Source: the human T2T-CHM13v2.0 reference genome, Homo sapiens. From it: a DNA stretch of 64,000 bases. Position numbers and translations under genes: made by a program. Under the pieces are notes generated by a model, which was given only the letters and a program-made list of their open reading frames with translations, was not told the origin of the DNA and searched no databases. Where the stretch lies: NCBI RefSeq assembly GCF_009914755.1, contig NC_060927.1; one strand, written 5' to 3'. Positions 13,539 through 28,500 of the stretch are shown piece by piece; the first letter of the stretch is position 1, and every line of letters begins with the position of its first letter.

Positions 13539-16500
13539 AGTTTTATATGAAGAAATCCCGTTTCCAACGAAAGCCTCAAAAAAGTCCAAATATTCACTTG
13601 CAGATTCTACATAAAGAGTGTTTCAAAAGTGCTCTATCAATCAAAAGAAAGGTTAAACTCTGTGAGTTGAAGGCACACATCACAAAGTAGATTCTGAGAA
13701 TGATTCTGTCTAGTTTTTCTAGGAAGATATTTCCTTTTCTACCACAGGCCTCAAAGCGCTCTAAATATACACTTGGGAATTCTACAAAAATAGTTTTTTG
13801 AAACTGCTTTATCAAAAAGAAAGTTCAACTCTGTGAGTTGAATGCACATAGCACAAAGAAGTTTCTGAGAATTCTTCTGTCTAGTTTTATATGAAGAAAT
13901 CCCGTTTCCAACGAAGGTCTCAAAGAGATCCAAAAGTCCACTTGCAGATTCTACAAAAAGGGTGTTTCAAGACTGCTCTATCAAGAGGAATGTTCAACCC
14001 TGTTAGTCAAATGCAAACATCACAAAGTAGTTTCCGAGAATGCTTCTGTCTAATTTTTATGTGAAGATATTTCCTTTTCTACCACAGACCTCAAAGCGCT
14101 CTAAATATCCAGTTGCAGATTCTACAAAAAGAGTGTTTCAAAACTGCTCTATCAAAAGAAAAGTTAAACTCTGTAAGGTGAATGCACACATCTCAAAGTC
14201 GTTTCTGAGAATGCTTCTGTGCAGTTTTTCTATGAAGATATTTCCTTTTCTACCATAGGCCCCAAAGCTCGCTAAATATCCACTTGCAAATTCTACAAAA
14301 AGAGTGTTACAAAACTGCTCTATCAAACGGAAGGTTCCACTCTGTGAGTTAAGTGCAGACATCACAAAGAAGTTTCTGAGAATACTTCTGTCTACTTTTT
14401 ATGTGAAGATACACCCGCTTCCAAAGAAGGCCTCCAAGCGTTCAAAATACCCACTTGCAGACTTTAGAAACAGTGTTTCAAAACTGCTCTATCAAAAGAA
14501 AGGTTAAACTCTATGAGTTGAATGCACACATCATAATGTAGTTTAAGAGGATGATTCTGTCTAGTTTTTATATGAAGATATTTCCTTTTCTACCATAGGC
14601 CTCAAAGCGCTCAAAATATCCAATTGCCAATTCTACAAAGAGAGTGTTTCAATATTGCTCTATCAAAAGGAACGTTCAACTCTCTGAGCTGAGTACAAAC
14701 ATCACAGATAAGTTTCTGAGAATACTTCGGTCTACTTTTTATGTGAAGATATTTGCATTTCCAAAGAAGGCCTCAAAGCGCACCAAATATCCACTTGCAG
14801 ACTTTACAAACAGAGTGTTTCAAAACTGCTCTATCAAAAGACAGGTTAAACTCTGTGAGTTCAATGCACAAGTCACAAACTAGTTTCTGAGAATCATTCT
14901 TTCTGGTTTTTCCATGAGGATATTTCCTTTTCTTCCATAGACCTCAAAACTTTCTAAATATCCACTTGGAAATACTACAAAAAGAGTGTTTCAAAACTCC
15001 TCTATTGAAAAGAAGGTTCAAATCTGTGAGTTGAAAGCACACTTCACAAAGAAGTTTCTGAGAAGTCTTCTGTCTAGTTTTATATGAAGGAACCCCATTT
15101 ACAACGAAGGCCTCAAAGAGGTCCAAATATCCACTTACAGATTCTACAAAAAGAGTGTTTGAAAACTGCTCTATCAAGAGGAATGTTCAACTCTGTGAGT
15201 GGAAGGCAAACATCACAAAGTAGTCTCTCAGGAAGCTTCTGTCTAGTTTCTATGTGAAGATAATTCCTTTTCTACCATAGGTTTCAAAGCGCTCTAAATA
15301 CACACTTGCAAATTCTACAAAAAGAGTGTTTCAAAACTGCTCTATCAAAAGAAAGTTTAAGCTCTGTGAGTTGAATGCACACATCACAAAGTCATTTCTG
15401 AGAATTCTCCTGTCTAGTATTACATGAAGAAATCCCGTTTCCAACGAAGGCCTCAAACAGGTCCAAATATCCACTTGCAGATTCTACAAAAAGAGTGTTT
15501 CAAAACTGCTTTATCAAGAGGAATGTTCAACTCTGTGAGTTGAATGCAAACATCACAAAGTACTTTCTCAGAATACTTCTGTGTAGTTTTTCTATGAAGA
15601 TATTTCCTTTGATACCATAATCCTCAAAGCACTCTAAATATCCACTTGCAAATTCTACAAAAAGAGTGTTTCAAAACAGCTCAATCAAAAGGAAGGTTCA
15701 ACTCTCTGAGTTGAGTGCAGACATCAAAAAGAAGTTTCTGAGAACACTTCCGTCTACTTTTTACGTAGGCCTCAAAGCGCCCCAAATATCCACTTGCAGA
15801 CTTTACAAACAGAGTGTTTCAAAACTGCTCTATCAAAAGAAAGGTTATACTCTGTGACTTCAATGCACACATCATAAAGTAGTTTCTGAGAAAGATTCTG
15901 TCTAGTTTTTATATGAAGATATTTCCTTTTCTACCATAGGCTTCAAAGCACTCTAAATATTCACTTGCAAATCCTACAAGAGTGTTTCAAAACAGCTCTA
16001 TCAAAAGAAAGGTTAAACTCTGTGAGTTGAACGCACACATCACAAAGTAGTTTCTGAGAATAATTCTGTCTAGTTATTCTATGAAGATATTTCCTTTTCT
16101 ACCATAGGCCTCAAAACGCTCTAAATATCCAGTAGGAAATTCTACAAAAAGAGTGTTTCAAAACTGCTCTATCAAAAGGAAGGTTCAACTCTGTGAGTGG
16201 AGTGCAGACATCACAAAGAAGTTTCTGAGAGTACTTCTGTCTACTTTTTATGTGAAGATACTCCCATTTCCAAAGAAGACCTCAAAACGCTCCAAATATC
16301 CACTTGCAGACTTTACAAACAGAGTGGTTCAGAATTTCTCTATCAAAGGAAACGTTTTACTCTGTGAGTTGAATGCACACATCACAAAGTAGTTTCTGAG
16401 AATGATTCTGTCTAGTTTTTATATGAAGATATTTCCTTTTCTACCATAGGCTTCAAAGCGCTCTAAATATGCACTTGCAAATTCTACAAAAAGAGTGGAT

Positions 16501-19500
16501 AAAAACTACTCTATCAAAAGAAAGTTTCAATTCTGTGAGTTGAATGCACACATCACAAAAAGTTTCTGAGAATTCTTCTGTCTAGTTTTTATGTGAAGAA
16601 ATTCCCCTTTCCAACGAAGGCCTCAAAGAGGTCCAAATATCCACTGGCAGATACTACAAAAATAGAGTTTCAAAACTGCTCTATCAACAGGAACGTTGAA
16701 CTCTGTCAGTTGAATGAAATCATCACAAAGTAGTTTCTGAGAATGCTTCCGTCTAGTTTTTATGTGAAAATATTTCCTTTTCTACCATTGGCCCAAAGCG
16801 CTCTAAATATACTCTTCCAAATTCTACTGAAAAGTTTTCAAGACTGCTCTGTCAAGAGAAAGGTTAAACTCTGTGAGTTAAACGCACACATCACAAAGTA
16901 GTTTCTGAGAATGATAGTTTCAATTTTTTCTGTGAAGCTATTTCCTTTTCTACCATAGGCCTCTAGGCACTCTAAATAACCACTTGGAAATTCTACAAAA
17001 AGAGGTTTTCAAAACTGCTCTATTGAAGGGAAGGTTCAAACCTGTGAGTTAAATGCACACATCACAAAGAGTTTCTGAGAATTCTTCTGTCTAGTTTTAT
17101 ATGAAGAAATCCCATTTTCAACGAAGTCCTCAAAGAGGTCCAAATATCCACTTACAGATTCTACAAAAAGAGTGTTTCAAAACTGCTCTATCAAGAGGAA
17201 TGTTCAACTCTGTTAGTTGAATGCAAACATCACAAAGTAGTTTCTGAGAATGCTTCCATCTAGTTTTTATATGAAGATATTTCCTTTTCTACCATAGGCC
17301 TCAAAGCCTTCAAAATACACACTTGCAAGTTCTACAAAAAGTGCGTTTCAAAACTGCTCTATTAAAAGAAAGGTTATACTCTGCGAGTTGAATGCACACA
17401 TCACAAATTAGTTTCTGAGAATGATTCTGTCTGGTTTTTCTATGAAGATATTTCCTTTTCTACCATAGGCCTCCAAGCGCTCTAAATATCCACTTGGAAA
17501 TTCTACAAAAAGTGTGTTTCAAGACTGCTCTAATGAAAGGAACGTTCAACTCTGTAAGTTGAATGCACACATCACAAAGAAGTTTGAGAATTCTTCATCT
17601 AGTTTTTATATGAAGAAATTCCCGTTTCCAACGAATGCCTCAAAGAGGTCAAAATATACACTTGCAGATTCTACAAAAAGAGTGTTACAAATGTTCAACT
17701 CTTTGAGTTGAATGCAAACATCACAAAGCAGTTTCTCAGAATGCTTCTGTGTAGTTTTTCTATGAAGATATTTCCTTTTCTACCATAGGCCCCAAAGCCC
17801 TCTAATTAGCCACTTGCAAATTCTACAAAAAGAGTGTTTCAAAACTGCTCTATCAAAAAGAAAGTTCAACTCTGTGAGTTGAATGCAAACATTGGAAAGA
17901 AGTTTCTGAGAATGCTTCTGTCTAGTTTCTTTGAGAAGATATTTCCTTTTCTAACGTAGGCCTCAAAGCCCTCTAAATATACACTTACAAATTCTTCAAA
18001 AAGAGTGTTCCAAAACTGTTCTATCAAAAGAAAGGTTAAACTCTGAGAGTTTGACACACACATCACAAAGTAGTTTCTGAAAATGATTCTGCCTAGTTTT
18101 TATATGAAGATATTTCCGTTTCTACCACAGGCCTCAAAGGGCTCTAAATATCCATTGGAAATTCTACAAAAAGAGTGTTTCAAAACTACTGTATAGAAAG
18201 GAACGTTCAACTCTCTGAGTTGAATGCACACATCACAAACAAGTTTCTGAGAATTCTTCTGTCTAGTTTTTATACGAAGAAATTCCCATTTCCAACGAAG
18301 GCCTCAAAGAGGTCCAAATACACACTTGCAGATACTACAAAAAGATTTTTACAAAATTGCTCCACCAAAATGAATGTTCAGCTCTATGAGTTGAATGCAA
18401 ACATCTCAAAGTAGTTTCTTAGAATGCTTCTTTGTAGTTTTTCAAAGAAGATATTTCCTTTTCTTCCTTAGGCCCCAAAGCGCTCTAAATATCCACGTGC
18501 AAATACTACAAAAAGAGTGTTGGAAAACTGCTCTATGAACAGGAAGGTTCATATCTGTGAGTTGAGTGCAGACATCACAAACAAGTTTCTGAGAATACTT
18601 CTGTCTCCTTTTTATGTGAAGATATTCCCGATTCCAAAGAAGGCCTCAAAGCACTCCAAGTATCCACTTTCAGACTTTACAAATAGAGTGTTTCAAAACA
18701 GCTCTATCAAAAGAAAGGCTAAACTCTGTGAGTTGAACGCACACATCACAAAGCAGTTTCTGAGAATGATTCTGTCTAATTTTTCTATGAAGATATTTCC
18801 TTTTCTACCATAGGCCTCAAAGGGCTCTAAATAACCACTTGGAAATTCTATAAAAAAAGTGTTTCAAAACTGCTCTATTGAAAGGAAGGTTCAACTCCGT
18901 GAGTTGAATGCACACATCACAAAGAAGTTTCTGAGAATTCTTATGTCTAGCTTTATATGAAGAAATTCCATTTCCAATGAAGGCTTTAAAAAGATCCAAA
19001 TGTCCACTTGCAGATAATACAAAAAGAGTGTTTCAAAACTGTTCTATCAAAAGGAATGTTCAACTCTCTGAGGTGAAAGCAAATATCACAAAGTAGTTTC
19101 TGAGAATGCTTTTCTCTAGTTTTTATGTGAAGATATTTCCTTTTCTACCATAGACCTCAAAGCACTCTAAATATCCACTTGCAAATTCTACAAAAAGAGT
19201 GTTTCAAAACTGCCCTATCAAGAGGAAGGTTCAGAATCTGTGAGTTGAAAGCAAACACCACAAAGTAGTTTCTGAGAATGCTTCTGTCTATTTTTTATGT
19301 AAAGATATTTCCTTTTCTACCATAGGACTCAAAGCTCTCTAAATATACACTTCCAAATTGTACAAAAAGAGTGTTTCAAAACTGCTCTATCAAAAGAAAT
19401 GTTAAACCCTGTGAATTGAATGCACACGTCACAAAGTAGTTTCTGAGAATGGTTCTGTCTAGTTTTTATATGAAGACATTTCCCTTTCCACCATAGGCCT

Positions 19501-22500
19501 CCAAGCGCTCCAAATATTCACTTGGAAATTCTACAAAAAGAGTGTTTCAAAACTGCTCTATCGAAAGGAAGTTTCAACTCTGTGAGTTGAATGCACAGAG
19601 CACAAAGAAGTTTCTGAGAATTCTTCTGTCTAGTTTTATATGAAGAAATCACGTTTCAAACGAAGGCCTCAAAGGGATCCAAATATCGGATTGCAGATTC
19701 TACAAAAAGAGTGTTTCAAAACTGCTCTATCAACAGGAATGTTCAACTCTGTGACTTGAATGCAAACATCAAAAGTAGTTTCTGAGAATGCTTCTGTCCA
19801 GTTTTTATGTGAAGATATTTCCTTTTCTACCATAGGCCTCAAAGTGCTCTAAATATACGCTTCCAAATTCTACCAAAAGAGTGTTTCAAAACTGTTCTAT
19901 CAAAGGAAAGGTTAAACACTGTGAGTTGAACCCACACATCACAAAGCACTTTCTGAGAATGATTCCCACTAGTTTTTCTTTGAACACATTTCCTTTTCCA
20001 CCATAGGCCCCAAAGCGCTCTAAATATCCATTTGCAAATTCTACAAAAAGAGTGTATCAAAACTGCTCTATCAAATGGAAGGCTCACCTCTGTGAGTTGA
20101 ATGCAGACATCACAAATAAGTTTCTGATAATGCTTCTGTCTACTTTTTATGTGAAGATATTCCCTTTTCCAAAGAAGGCCTCAAAGCGCTCCAAGTGTCC
20201 ACTTGCAGACTTTGCAAATAGAGTGTTTCAAAACTGCTCTATCAAAAGAAAGGTTAAACTCTTTGAGTTGAACGCACACTTCACAAAGTAGTTTTTGAGA
20301 ATGATTCTGTCTAGTTTTTCTATGAAGATATTTCCTTTTCTACCATAAGCCACAAAGCGCTCTAAATATCCACTTGGAAATTCTACAAAAAGAGTGTTTC
20401 AAAACTTCTCTATTGAAAGCAAGGTTCAACTCTGTGCGGTGAATGCACACATCACAAAGAAGTTTCTGAGAATTCTTCTGTCTACTTTTATATGAAGAAA
20501 TCCCGTTTCCAACAAAGTCCTCAAAGAGGTCCAAATATCCACTTGCAGATTCTACAAAAAGAGTGTTTCAAAACTGCTCTAACAAGAGTAATGTTCAACT
20601 CTGTGAGTTGAATGCAAACATCACAAACTACTTTCTGAGAATATTTCTATCTACTTTTTATGTGAAGATACTCCCGTTTCCAAAGAAGGCCTCAAAGCGC
20701 TCCAAATATCCACCTGCAGACTTTTCACACAGAGAGTTTCAAAACTGCTCTATCAAAAGGCAGGCTAAGCTCTGTGAGTTGAACACACACATAACAAAGT
20801 AGTTTCTGAGAATGATTCTGTCTAGTTTTTATATGTAGATATTTCCTTTTCTACCATAGGACTCAAAGCGCTCTAAATATCCACTTGGAAATTCTACAAA
20901 AAGAGTGTTTCATAACTGCTCTATTGAAAGGAACGTTCAATTCTGTGAGTTAAATGCACACATCACAAAGAAGTTTCTGAGAGTACTTCTGTCTAATTTT
21001 TATGTGAACATACCCCCGTTTCCAAAGAAGGCCTCAAAGCGCTCCAAATGTCTACTTGCAGACTTTACAAACAGAGGGTTTCAAAACTCGTCTATTGAAA
21101 GAAAGGTTAAACTCTGTGAGTTGAACGCAAACATCACAAATTAATTTCTGAGAATGATTCTGTGTAGTTTTTATATGAAGATATTTCCTTTCCTACCATA
21201 GGCCTCAAAACGCTCTAAATATCCACTTGCAAATATTACAAAAAGAGTGTTTCAAAACTGCTCTATCAAAAGCAAGGTTCAACTCTGTGAGTTGAGTGAC
21301 AGACATCACAAAAAAGTTTCTGAGAGTACTTCTGTCTAGTTTTATATGAAGAAATCCCGTTTCCCAAGAAGGACTCAAAAAGGTCCAAATATGAACTTGC
21401 AGATTGTACAAAAAGATAGTTTCAAAACTGCTTTATCAAGAGGAATGTTCAACTCTGTGAGTTGAATGCAAACATCACAAAGTAGTTTCTCAGTATGGTT
21501 CTGTCTAGTTTTTATGTGAAGATATTTCCTTTTCTACCATAGGCCTCAAAGTGCTCTTAATATACACTTGTAAATTCTACAAAAAGAGTGTTTCAAAAGT
21601 GCTCTATGAAAAGGAAGGCTCAAGACTGTGAGTTGAGTGCAGACATCATAAAGAAGTTTCTGAGAATTCTTCTGTCTACTTTTTATGGGAAGATACTCCC
21701 ATTTCCAAAGAAGGCCTCAAAGGCCTCCAAATATCTACATGCAGACTTCACAAACAGAGGGTTTCGAAACTTCTTTCTGAAAAGGAAAGATCACCTCTGT
21801 GAGTTGAATTCACACATCACAAATTAGTTTCTGAGAATGCTTCTGTCTAGTTTTTATGTGAAGATATTTCCTTTTCTACCATAGGCCTCAAAGCGCTCTA
21901 AATATACACATGCAAATACTACAAAAGAGTGTTTCAAAACTACTCTATCAAAGAAAGTTTAAAATCTGTGTGTTGAACGCACTCATCACAAAGTAGTTTC
22001 TGAGAATTCTTCTGTCTAGTTTTATATGAAGACATCCCGTTTCCAAGGAAGGCCTCAAAGAGGTCCAAATATCCACTGGCAGATTCTACAAAAAGAGTGT
22101 TTGAAAACTGCTCTATCAAGAGGAATGTTCAACTCTGTGAGTTGAATGCAAACTTCACAAAGTAGTTTCTGAGAATGCTTCTGTCTAGTTTTTCTATGAA
22201 GATATTTCCTTTTCTACCATAGGCCTCCAAGTGCTCTAAACATTCACTTGGAAATTCTGCAAAAAGAGTGTTTCGAAACCGCTCTATCGAAAGGAAGGTT
22301 CAAATCTGTGAGTTCAATGCACACATCACAAAAAAGATTCTAAGAATTCGTCTGTCTAGTTTTATATGAATAATCCCATTTCCAAAGAAGGCCTCAAATA
22401 GGTCCAAATATCAACTTGCAGACTCCATAAAAAGAGTGTTTCAAAACTGCTCTATCAGGAGGAATGTTCAACTCTGTGAGTTGACTGCAAACATCACAAA

Positions 22501-25500
22501 GTAGTTTCTGAGAATGCTTCTGTCTAGTTTTTATATGAAGATTTTTCCTTTTGTACCATAGGCATCAAAGCGCTCCAAATATACAGTTGCAAATTCTACA
22601 AAAAGAGTGTTTCAAAACTGCTCTATTGAAAGGAAAGTTCAACACTGTGTGTTCAATGGACCCATCAAAAAGAAGTTTCTGAGAATTCTTCTGTCTACTT
22701 TTATATGAAGAAATCCCTTTTCCAACGAAAGCCTCCATGAGGTCCAAAGATACACTTGCAGAATCTACAAAAATGTTGTTTCAAAACTGCTCTATCAAGA
22801 GAAATGCTCACCTCTGTGAGTTGAATCCAAACATCACAAAGTAGTTTCTGAGAAAGATTCTGTCCAGTTTTTCTATGAAGATATTTCCTTTTCTACCATG
22901 AGCCCCAATGTGCTCTAAACATCCACTTGGAAATTCTACAAAAAGAGTGTTTCAAAACTACTCTATCAAAAGAAATGTTAAACTCTGTGAGTTGAACCCA
23001 CACATCACAAAGTAATTTCTGAGAATTCTTCTTTCTTGTTTATATGAAGAATTCCCATTTCCAACGAAGGCCACAAAGAGGTCCAAATACCCACTTGCAG
23101 ATTCTACAAAAAGAGTGTTTCAAAACTGCTCTATCAAAAGGAATGTTGAACTCAGTGAGCTGAAAGCAAACATCACAAATTAGTTTCTGAGAATACTTCT
23201 GTCTAGTTTTTATATGAAGATATTTCGTGTTTACCATAGGCCTCAAAGCCCTCTAAATACACACTTGCAAATCCTACAAAAAGAGCGTTTCAAAACTGCT
23301 CTATCAAAAGAAATGTTAAACTCTGTCAGTTGAACGCACACATAACAAAGTAGTTTCTGAGAATCATTCTGCCTAGTTTTTCTATGAAGATATCTCCTTT
23401 TCTACCATAGGACTCAAAGCACTCTAAATATTCACTTGGAACTTCTACAAAAAGAGTATATGAAAACTGCTCTATAGAAGGGAAGTTTCAAAACTGTGAT
23501 TGAATGCACACATCACAAAGTAGTTTCTGAGAATTCTTCTGTCTTCTTTTATATGAAGAAATCCCATTTCCAACGAAGGCCTCAAAGAGGTCCAACTATC
23601 CACTTGCAGATTCTACAAAAGAAGTGTTTCAAAACTGCTCTATAATAAGGAATGTTCAGCTCTGTGAGTTGAATGCAAACATCACTAAGTAGTTTCTGAG
23701 AATGTTTCTGTGTAGTTTTTCTATGAACACACTTTTTTTTCAATCTTATGCCCCAAAGCACTTTAAATATCCACTTGCAAATTCTACAAAAAGAGTGTTT
23801 CAAAACTCCTCTATCAAAAGGAAGGTTTAACTCTGTGAGTTGAGTGCAGACATCACAAAGAAGTTTCTGGGAATAATACGGTCTTCTTTTTATGTGAAGA
23901 TACTCCCGTTTCCAAAGAAGGCTTCAAAGCGCTCCAAATATCTACTTGCAGACTTTACAAACAGAGGATTTCAAAACTTTTCTATCAAAAGAAATTTTAA
24001 ACTCTGTGAGTTGAACACACACATCACAGAGTAGTTTTGGAGAATGATTCTGTCTAGTTTTTATGTGAAGGTATTTCCTTTTCTACCATAGGCCTCAAAG
24101 CACTCTAAATATCCACTTGCAAATCCTACAAAAACAGTGTTTCAAAACTGCTCTATCAAAAGAAAAGTTTAACTCTGTGAGTTCAGCACACAGATCACAA
24201 AGTAGTTTCTGGTAATCATTCCGCCAAGTTTTTCTATGAAGATATTTCCTTTTCTACGATAGGACTCAAAACGCTTTAAATATTCACTTGGAACTTCTAC
24301 AAAAAGAGTGTTTCAAAACTGCTCTATAGAAGGGAAGTTTCAACTCTGTGAGTTCAATGCACACATCACAAAGAAGTTTCTGAGAATTATTCTGTCTAGT
24401 TTTCTATGAAGTAATCCCATTTCCAACGAAGGCCTCAAAGAGGTCCAAATATCCACTTGCAGATTCTACAAAAAGAGTGTTTCAAAACTGCTCTATCAAG
24501 AGGAATGTTCAACTCTGTGAGTTGAATGCAAACATGACAAAATAGTTTCAGAGAATGCTTCTGTCTAGTTTTTATGTGAAGATATTTCCTTTTTCTTCCA
24601 TAGGCCTCAAAGCACTCTAAATATACACTCACAAATTCTACAAAAAGTGTGTTTCAAAACTACTCTATCAAAAGAAATATTAAACACTGTCAGTTGAACA
24701 CACACATCACAAAGTAGTTTCTGAGAATCATTCTGTCTAGTTTTTCTCTGAAGATATTTCGTTTTCTACCATAGGCCTCAAACTGTTCTAAATATCCACT
24801 TGGAAATTCTACAAAAAGAGTGTTTCAAAACTGCTCTGTCAAAAGAAATGTTAAACTCTGTGAGTTGAACCCACACATCACAAAGAAGTTTCTGAGAATT
24901 CTTCTGTCTAGTTTTATATGAAGAAATCCCTTTTCCAACGAAGGCCTCAAAGAGGTCCTAATATCTACTTGCAGTTTCTACAAAAGGAGTGTTTCAAAAC
25001 TGTTCTATAATGAGGATTGTTCAGCTCTGTGAGTTGAATGCAAACATCACTAAGTAGTTTCTGAGAATGCTTCTGTGTAGTTTTTCTATGAACATAGATT
25101 TTTTTCCACCATTGGCCCCAAAGCACTTTAAATATCCACTTGCAAATTGTACAAAAAGAGTGTTTCAGAACTCCTCTAACAAAGCAAGGTTTAACTCTGT
25201 GAGTTGAGTGCAGACATCACAGAGAAGTTTCTGGGAATACTACTGTCTTCTTTTTATGAGAAGATACTCCCGTTTCCAACAAAGGCCTCAAAGCACTCAA
25301 AAAATCTACTTGCAGACTTTACAAACAGAGGGTTTCAAAACTGCAGTATCAAAAGAAAGGTTAAACTCTGTAAGTTGAACACACACATCACAAAGTAGTT
25401 TCTGAGAATCATTCTGCCTAGTTTTTCTATGAAGATATTTCCTTTTCTACCATAGGACTCAAAGCGCTATAAATATTCACTTGGAACATCTACCAAAAGA

Positions 25501-28500
25501 GTGTCTCAAAACTGCTCTACAGAAGGGAAGGTTCAACTCCGTGAGTTCAATGCACACATCATAAGGAAGTTTCTGAGAATTTTTCAGTATAGTTTTCTAT
25601 GAAGTAATCCCGTTTCCAATGAAGGCCTCAAATTGGTCCAAATATCCACTTGCAGATTCTACAAAAATAGTGTTTCAACACTGCTCTATCAACAGGAATG
25701 TTCAACTCTGCGAGGTGAATGCAAACATCAAAAAATAGTTTCTGAGAATGCTTCTGTCTAGTTTTTGTGTGAAGATGTTCCCTTTTCTTCCATAGGCCTC
25801 AAAGCATTCTATATATACACTTGCAAATTCTACAAAAATTGTGTTTCAAAACTGCACTATCAAAAGAAATGTTAAACTCTGAATTGAATGTACACATCAC
25901 AAAGTAGTTTCTGAGAATGATTCTGTCTAGTTTTTCTATAAAGATATGTCCTTTTCTACCATAGGCCTCAAACCGACCTAAATTTCCACTCGGAAATTCT
26001 ACAAAAAGAGGGTTTCAAAACTTCTCTTTCGAAAGGAAGGTTCATCTCTGTGAGTTAAATGCAAACATCACAAAAAGTTTCTGAGAATTCTTCCGTCTAG
26101 TTTTATATGAAGAAATCCCATATCCAACGAAAGCCTCAAAGAGGTCCAAATATCCACTTGCAGATTGTACAAAAGGAGTGTTTCAAAATTGCTCTATAAT
26201 GAGGAATGTTCAGCTGTGTGAGTTGAATGCAAACATCACTAAGTAGTTTCTGAGAATGCTCCTGTGTTTTTGTATGAATATATTTTTTCCACCTTTGGTC
26301 CCAAAACGCTTTAAATATCCACTTGCAAATTGTACAAAAAAGAGTGTTTCAAAACTTCTCTATCAAAAGGAAGGTTTAACTCTGTGAGTTGAGTGCAGAC
26401 ATCACAAAGAAGTTTCTGGGAATACTACTGTCGTCTTTTTATATGAAGATACTCCCGTTTCCAAAGAAGGCCGCAAAGCGCTCCAAATATTTACTTGCAG
26501 ACTTTACAAAAAGAGGATTTCAAAACTGCTCTATCAAAAGAAATGTTAAACTCTGTGAGTTGAACGCACACATCACAAAGTAGTTTCGGAGAAAGATTCT
26601 GTCTAGTTTTTATATGAAGATATTTCCTTTTCTACAATAGGCCTCAAAGTGATCTAAATATCCACTTGCAACTCCTACAAAAACAGTGTTTCAAAACTGC
26701 TCTATCAAAAGAAAAGTTTAACTCTGTGAGTTGAACACACACATCACAAAGTAGTTTCTGAGAATCATTCTGTCTAGCTTTTCTATGAAGATATTTCCTT
26801 TTCTACCGCAGGACCCAAAGCACTCTAAATATTCATATGGAACTTCTACAAAAAGAGTGTTTCAAAACTGCTCTATAGAATGGAAGGTTCAACTATGTGA
26901 GTTCAATGCACACATCACAAAAAAAGTTTCTGAGAATTCTTCTGTCTAGTTTTATATGAAGTAATCTCGTTTCCAACGAAGGCCTCAAAGAGGTCCAAAT
27001 ATCCACTTGCAATTCTACAAAAAGAGTGTTTCAAAAACTGCTCTATCAAGAGGAATCTTCAACTCTGTGAGATGAATGCAAACATCATGAAATAATTTCT
27101 GAGAATGCTTCTGTCTAGTTTTTATGTGAAGATATTTCCTTTTCTTCCATAGGCCTCAAAGCACCCTAAATATACAATTACAAGTTCTACAGAAAGAGTG
27201 TTTCAATGCTGTTCTATCAAAAGAAAGTTTAAACTCTGTGAGTTGAACCCACCCATCACAAAGTAGTTTCTGAGAATGTTTCTGTGTACTTTTTCTATGA
27301 ACATATTTCCTTTTCCACCAATGGCCCCAAAGCGCTATAAATATCCACTTGAAAATTCTACAAAATGAGTGTTTCAAAACTGCTCTATCAAAAGGATGGT
27401 TCAACTCTGTGAGTTGAGTGCAGACATCACAAAGAAGTTTCTGGGAATACTTCTGTCTACTTTTTATGTGAAGATACACCCGTTTCCAACGAAGGCTTCA
27501 AAGCGCTCCAAATATCCACTTGCAGACTTTACAAACAGATTGTTTCAAAACTGCTCTAACAAAAGAAAGGTTAAACTCCATCAGTTGAACGCACATATCA
27601 CAAAGTAGTTTCTGAGAATCATTCTGTCTACTTTTTCTATGAAGATTTTTCCTTTTCTACTATAGGCCTCAAATCGATCTAAATATCCACTTGGAAACTC
27701 TACAAAAAGTGTATTTCAAAACTGCTCTATCGAAAGGAAGGTTCAACACAGTGAGTTGAATGCACACATCACAAAGAAGTCTCTGAGAATGCTTCTGTCT
27801 AGTTTTGTATGAAGAAATCCTGATTCCAACGAAGAACTCAAAGAGGTCTAAATATCCATTTGCAGATTCTACACAAGGAGGGTTTCAAAACTGCTGTATA
27901 ATGAGGAATGTTCAGCTTTGTGAGTTGAATGCCAATGTCACTAAGTAGTTTCTAAGAATGCTTCTGGGTAGTTTTTCTATGAACATAATTTTTTTCCACC
28001 GAAGGCCCCAAAGTGCCTTAAATATCCACTTGCAAATTCTACAAAAAGAGTGTTTCAAAACTCCTCTATCAAAGGAAAGGTTTAATTCTGTGAGTTGAGT
28101 GCAGACATCACAAAGAAGTTTCTGGGAATACTGCTGTCTTCTTTTTATGTGAAGATACTTCCGTTTCGAAAGAAGGCCTCAAAGCGCTCCAAATATCTAC
28201 TTGCAGACTTTACAAAGACAGGGTTTCAAAACTGCTGTATCAAAAGAAAGGTTAAATTCTGTGAGTTGAACGCACACATCACAAATTAGTTTAGGAGAAT
28301 GATTCTGTCTAGTTTTTATATGAAGATAATACCTTTTCTTCCATAGGCCTGAAAGCACTCTAAATATACGCTTTCAAATACTACAAAAAGTGTGTTTCAA
28401 AACTGCTCTATCAAAAGAAAGATTAAACTCTGTGAGTTTAATGCACACATCACAAAGTAGTTTCTGAGAATCATTCTGTCTAGTTTTTCTGTGAAGATAT

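Noticed and set aside
15755-17700. Small monomer deletions at ~15765 (~27 bp) and ~17690 (~20 bp)
   Set aside because: Isolated indels expected in divergent satellite; no change of monomer subtype across them
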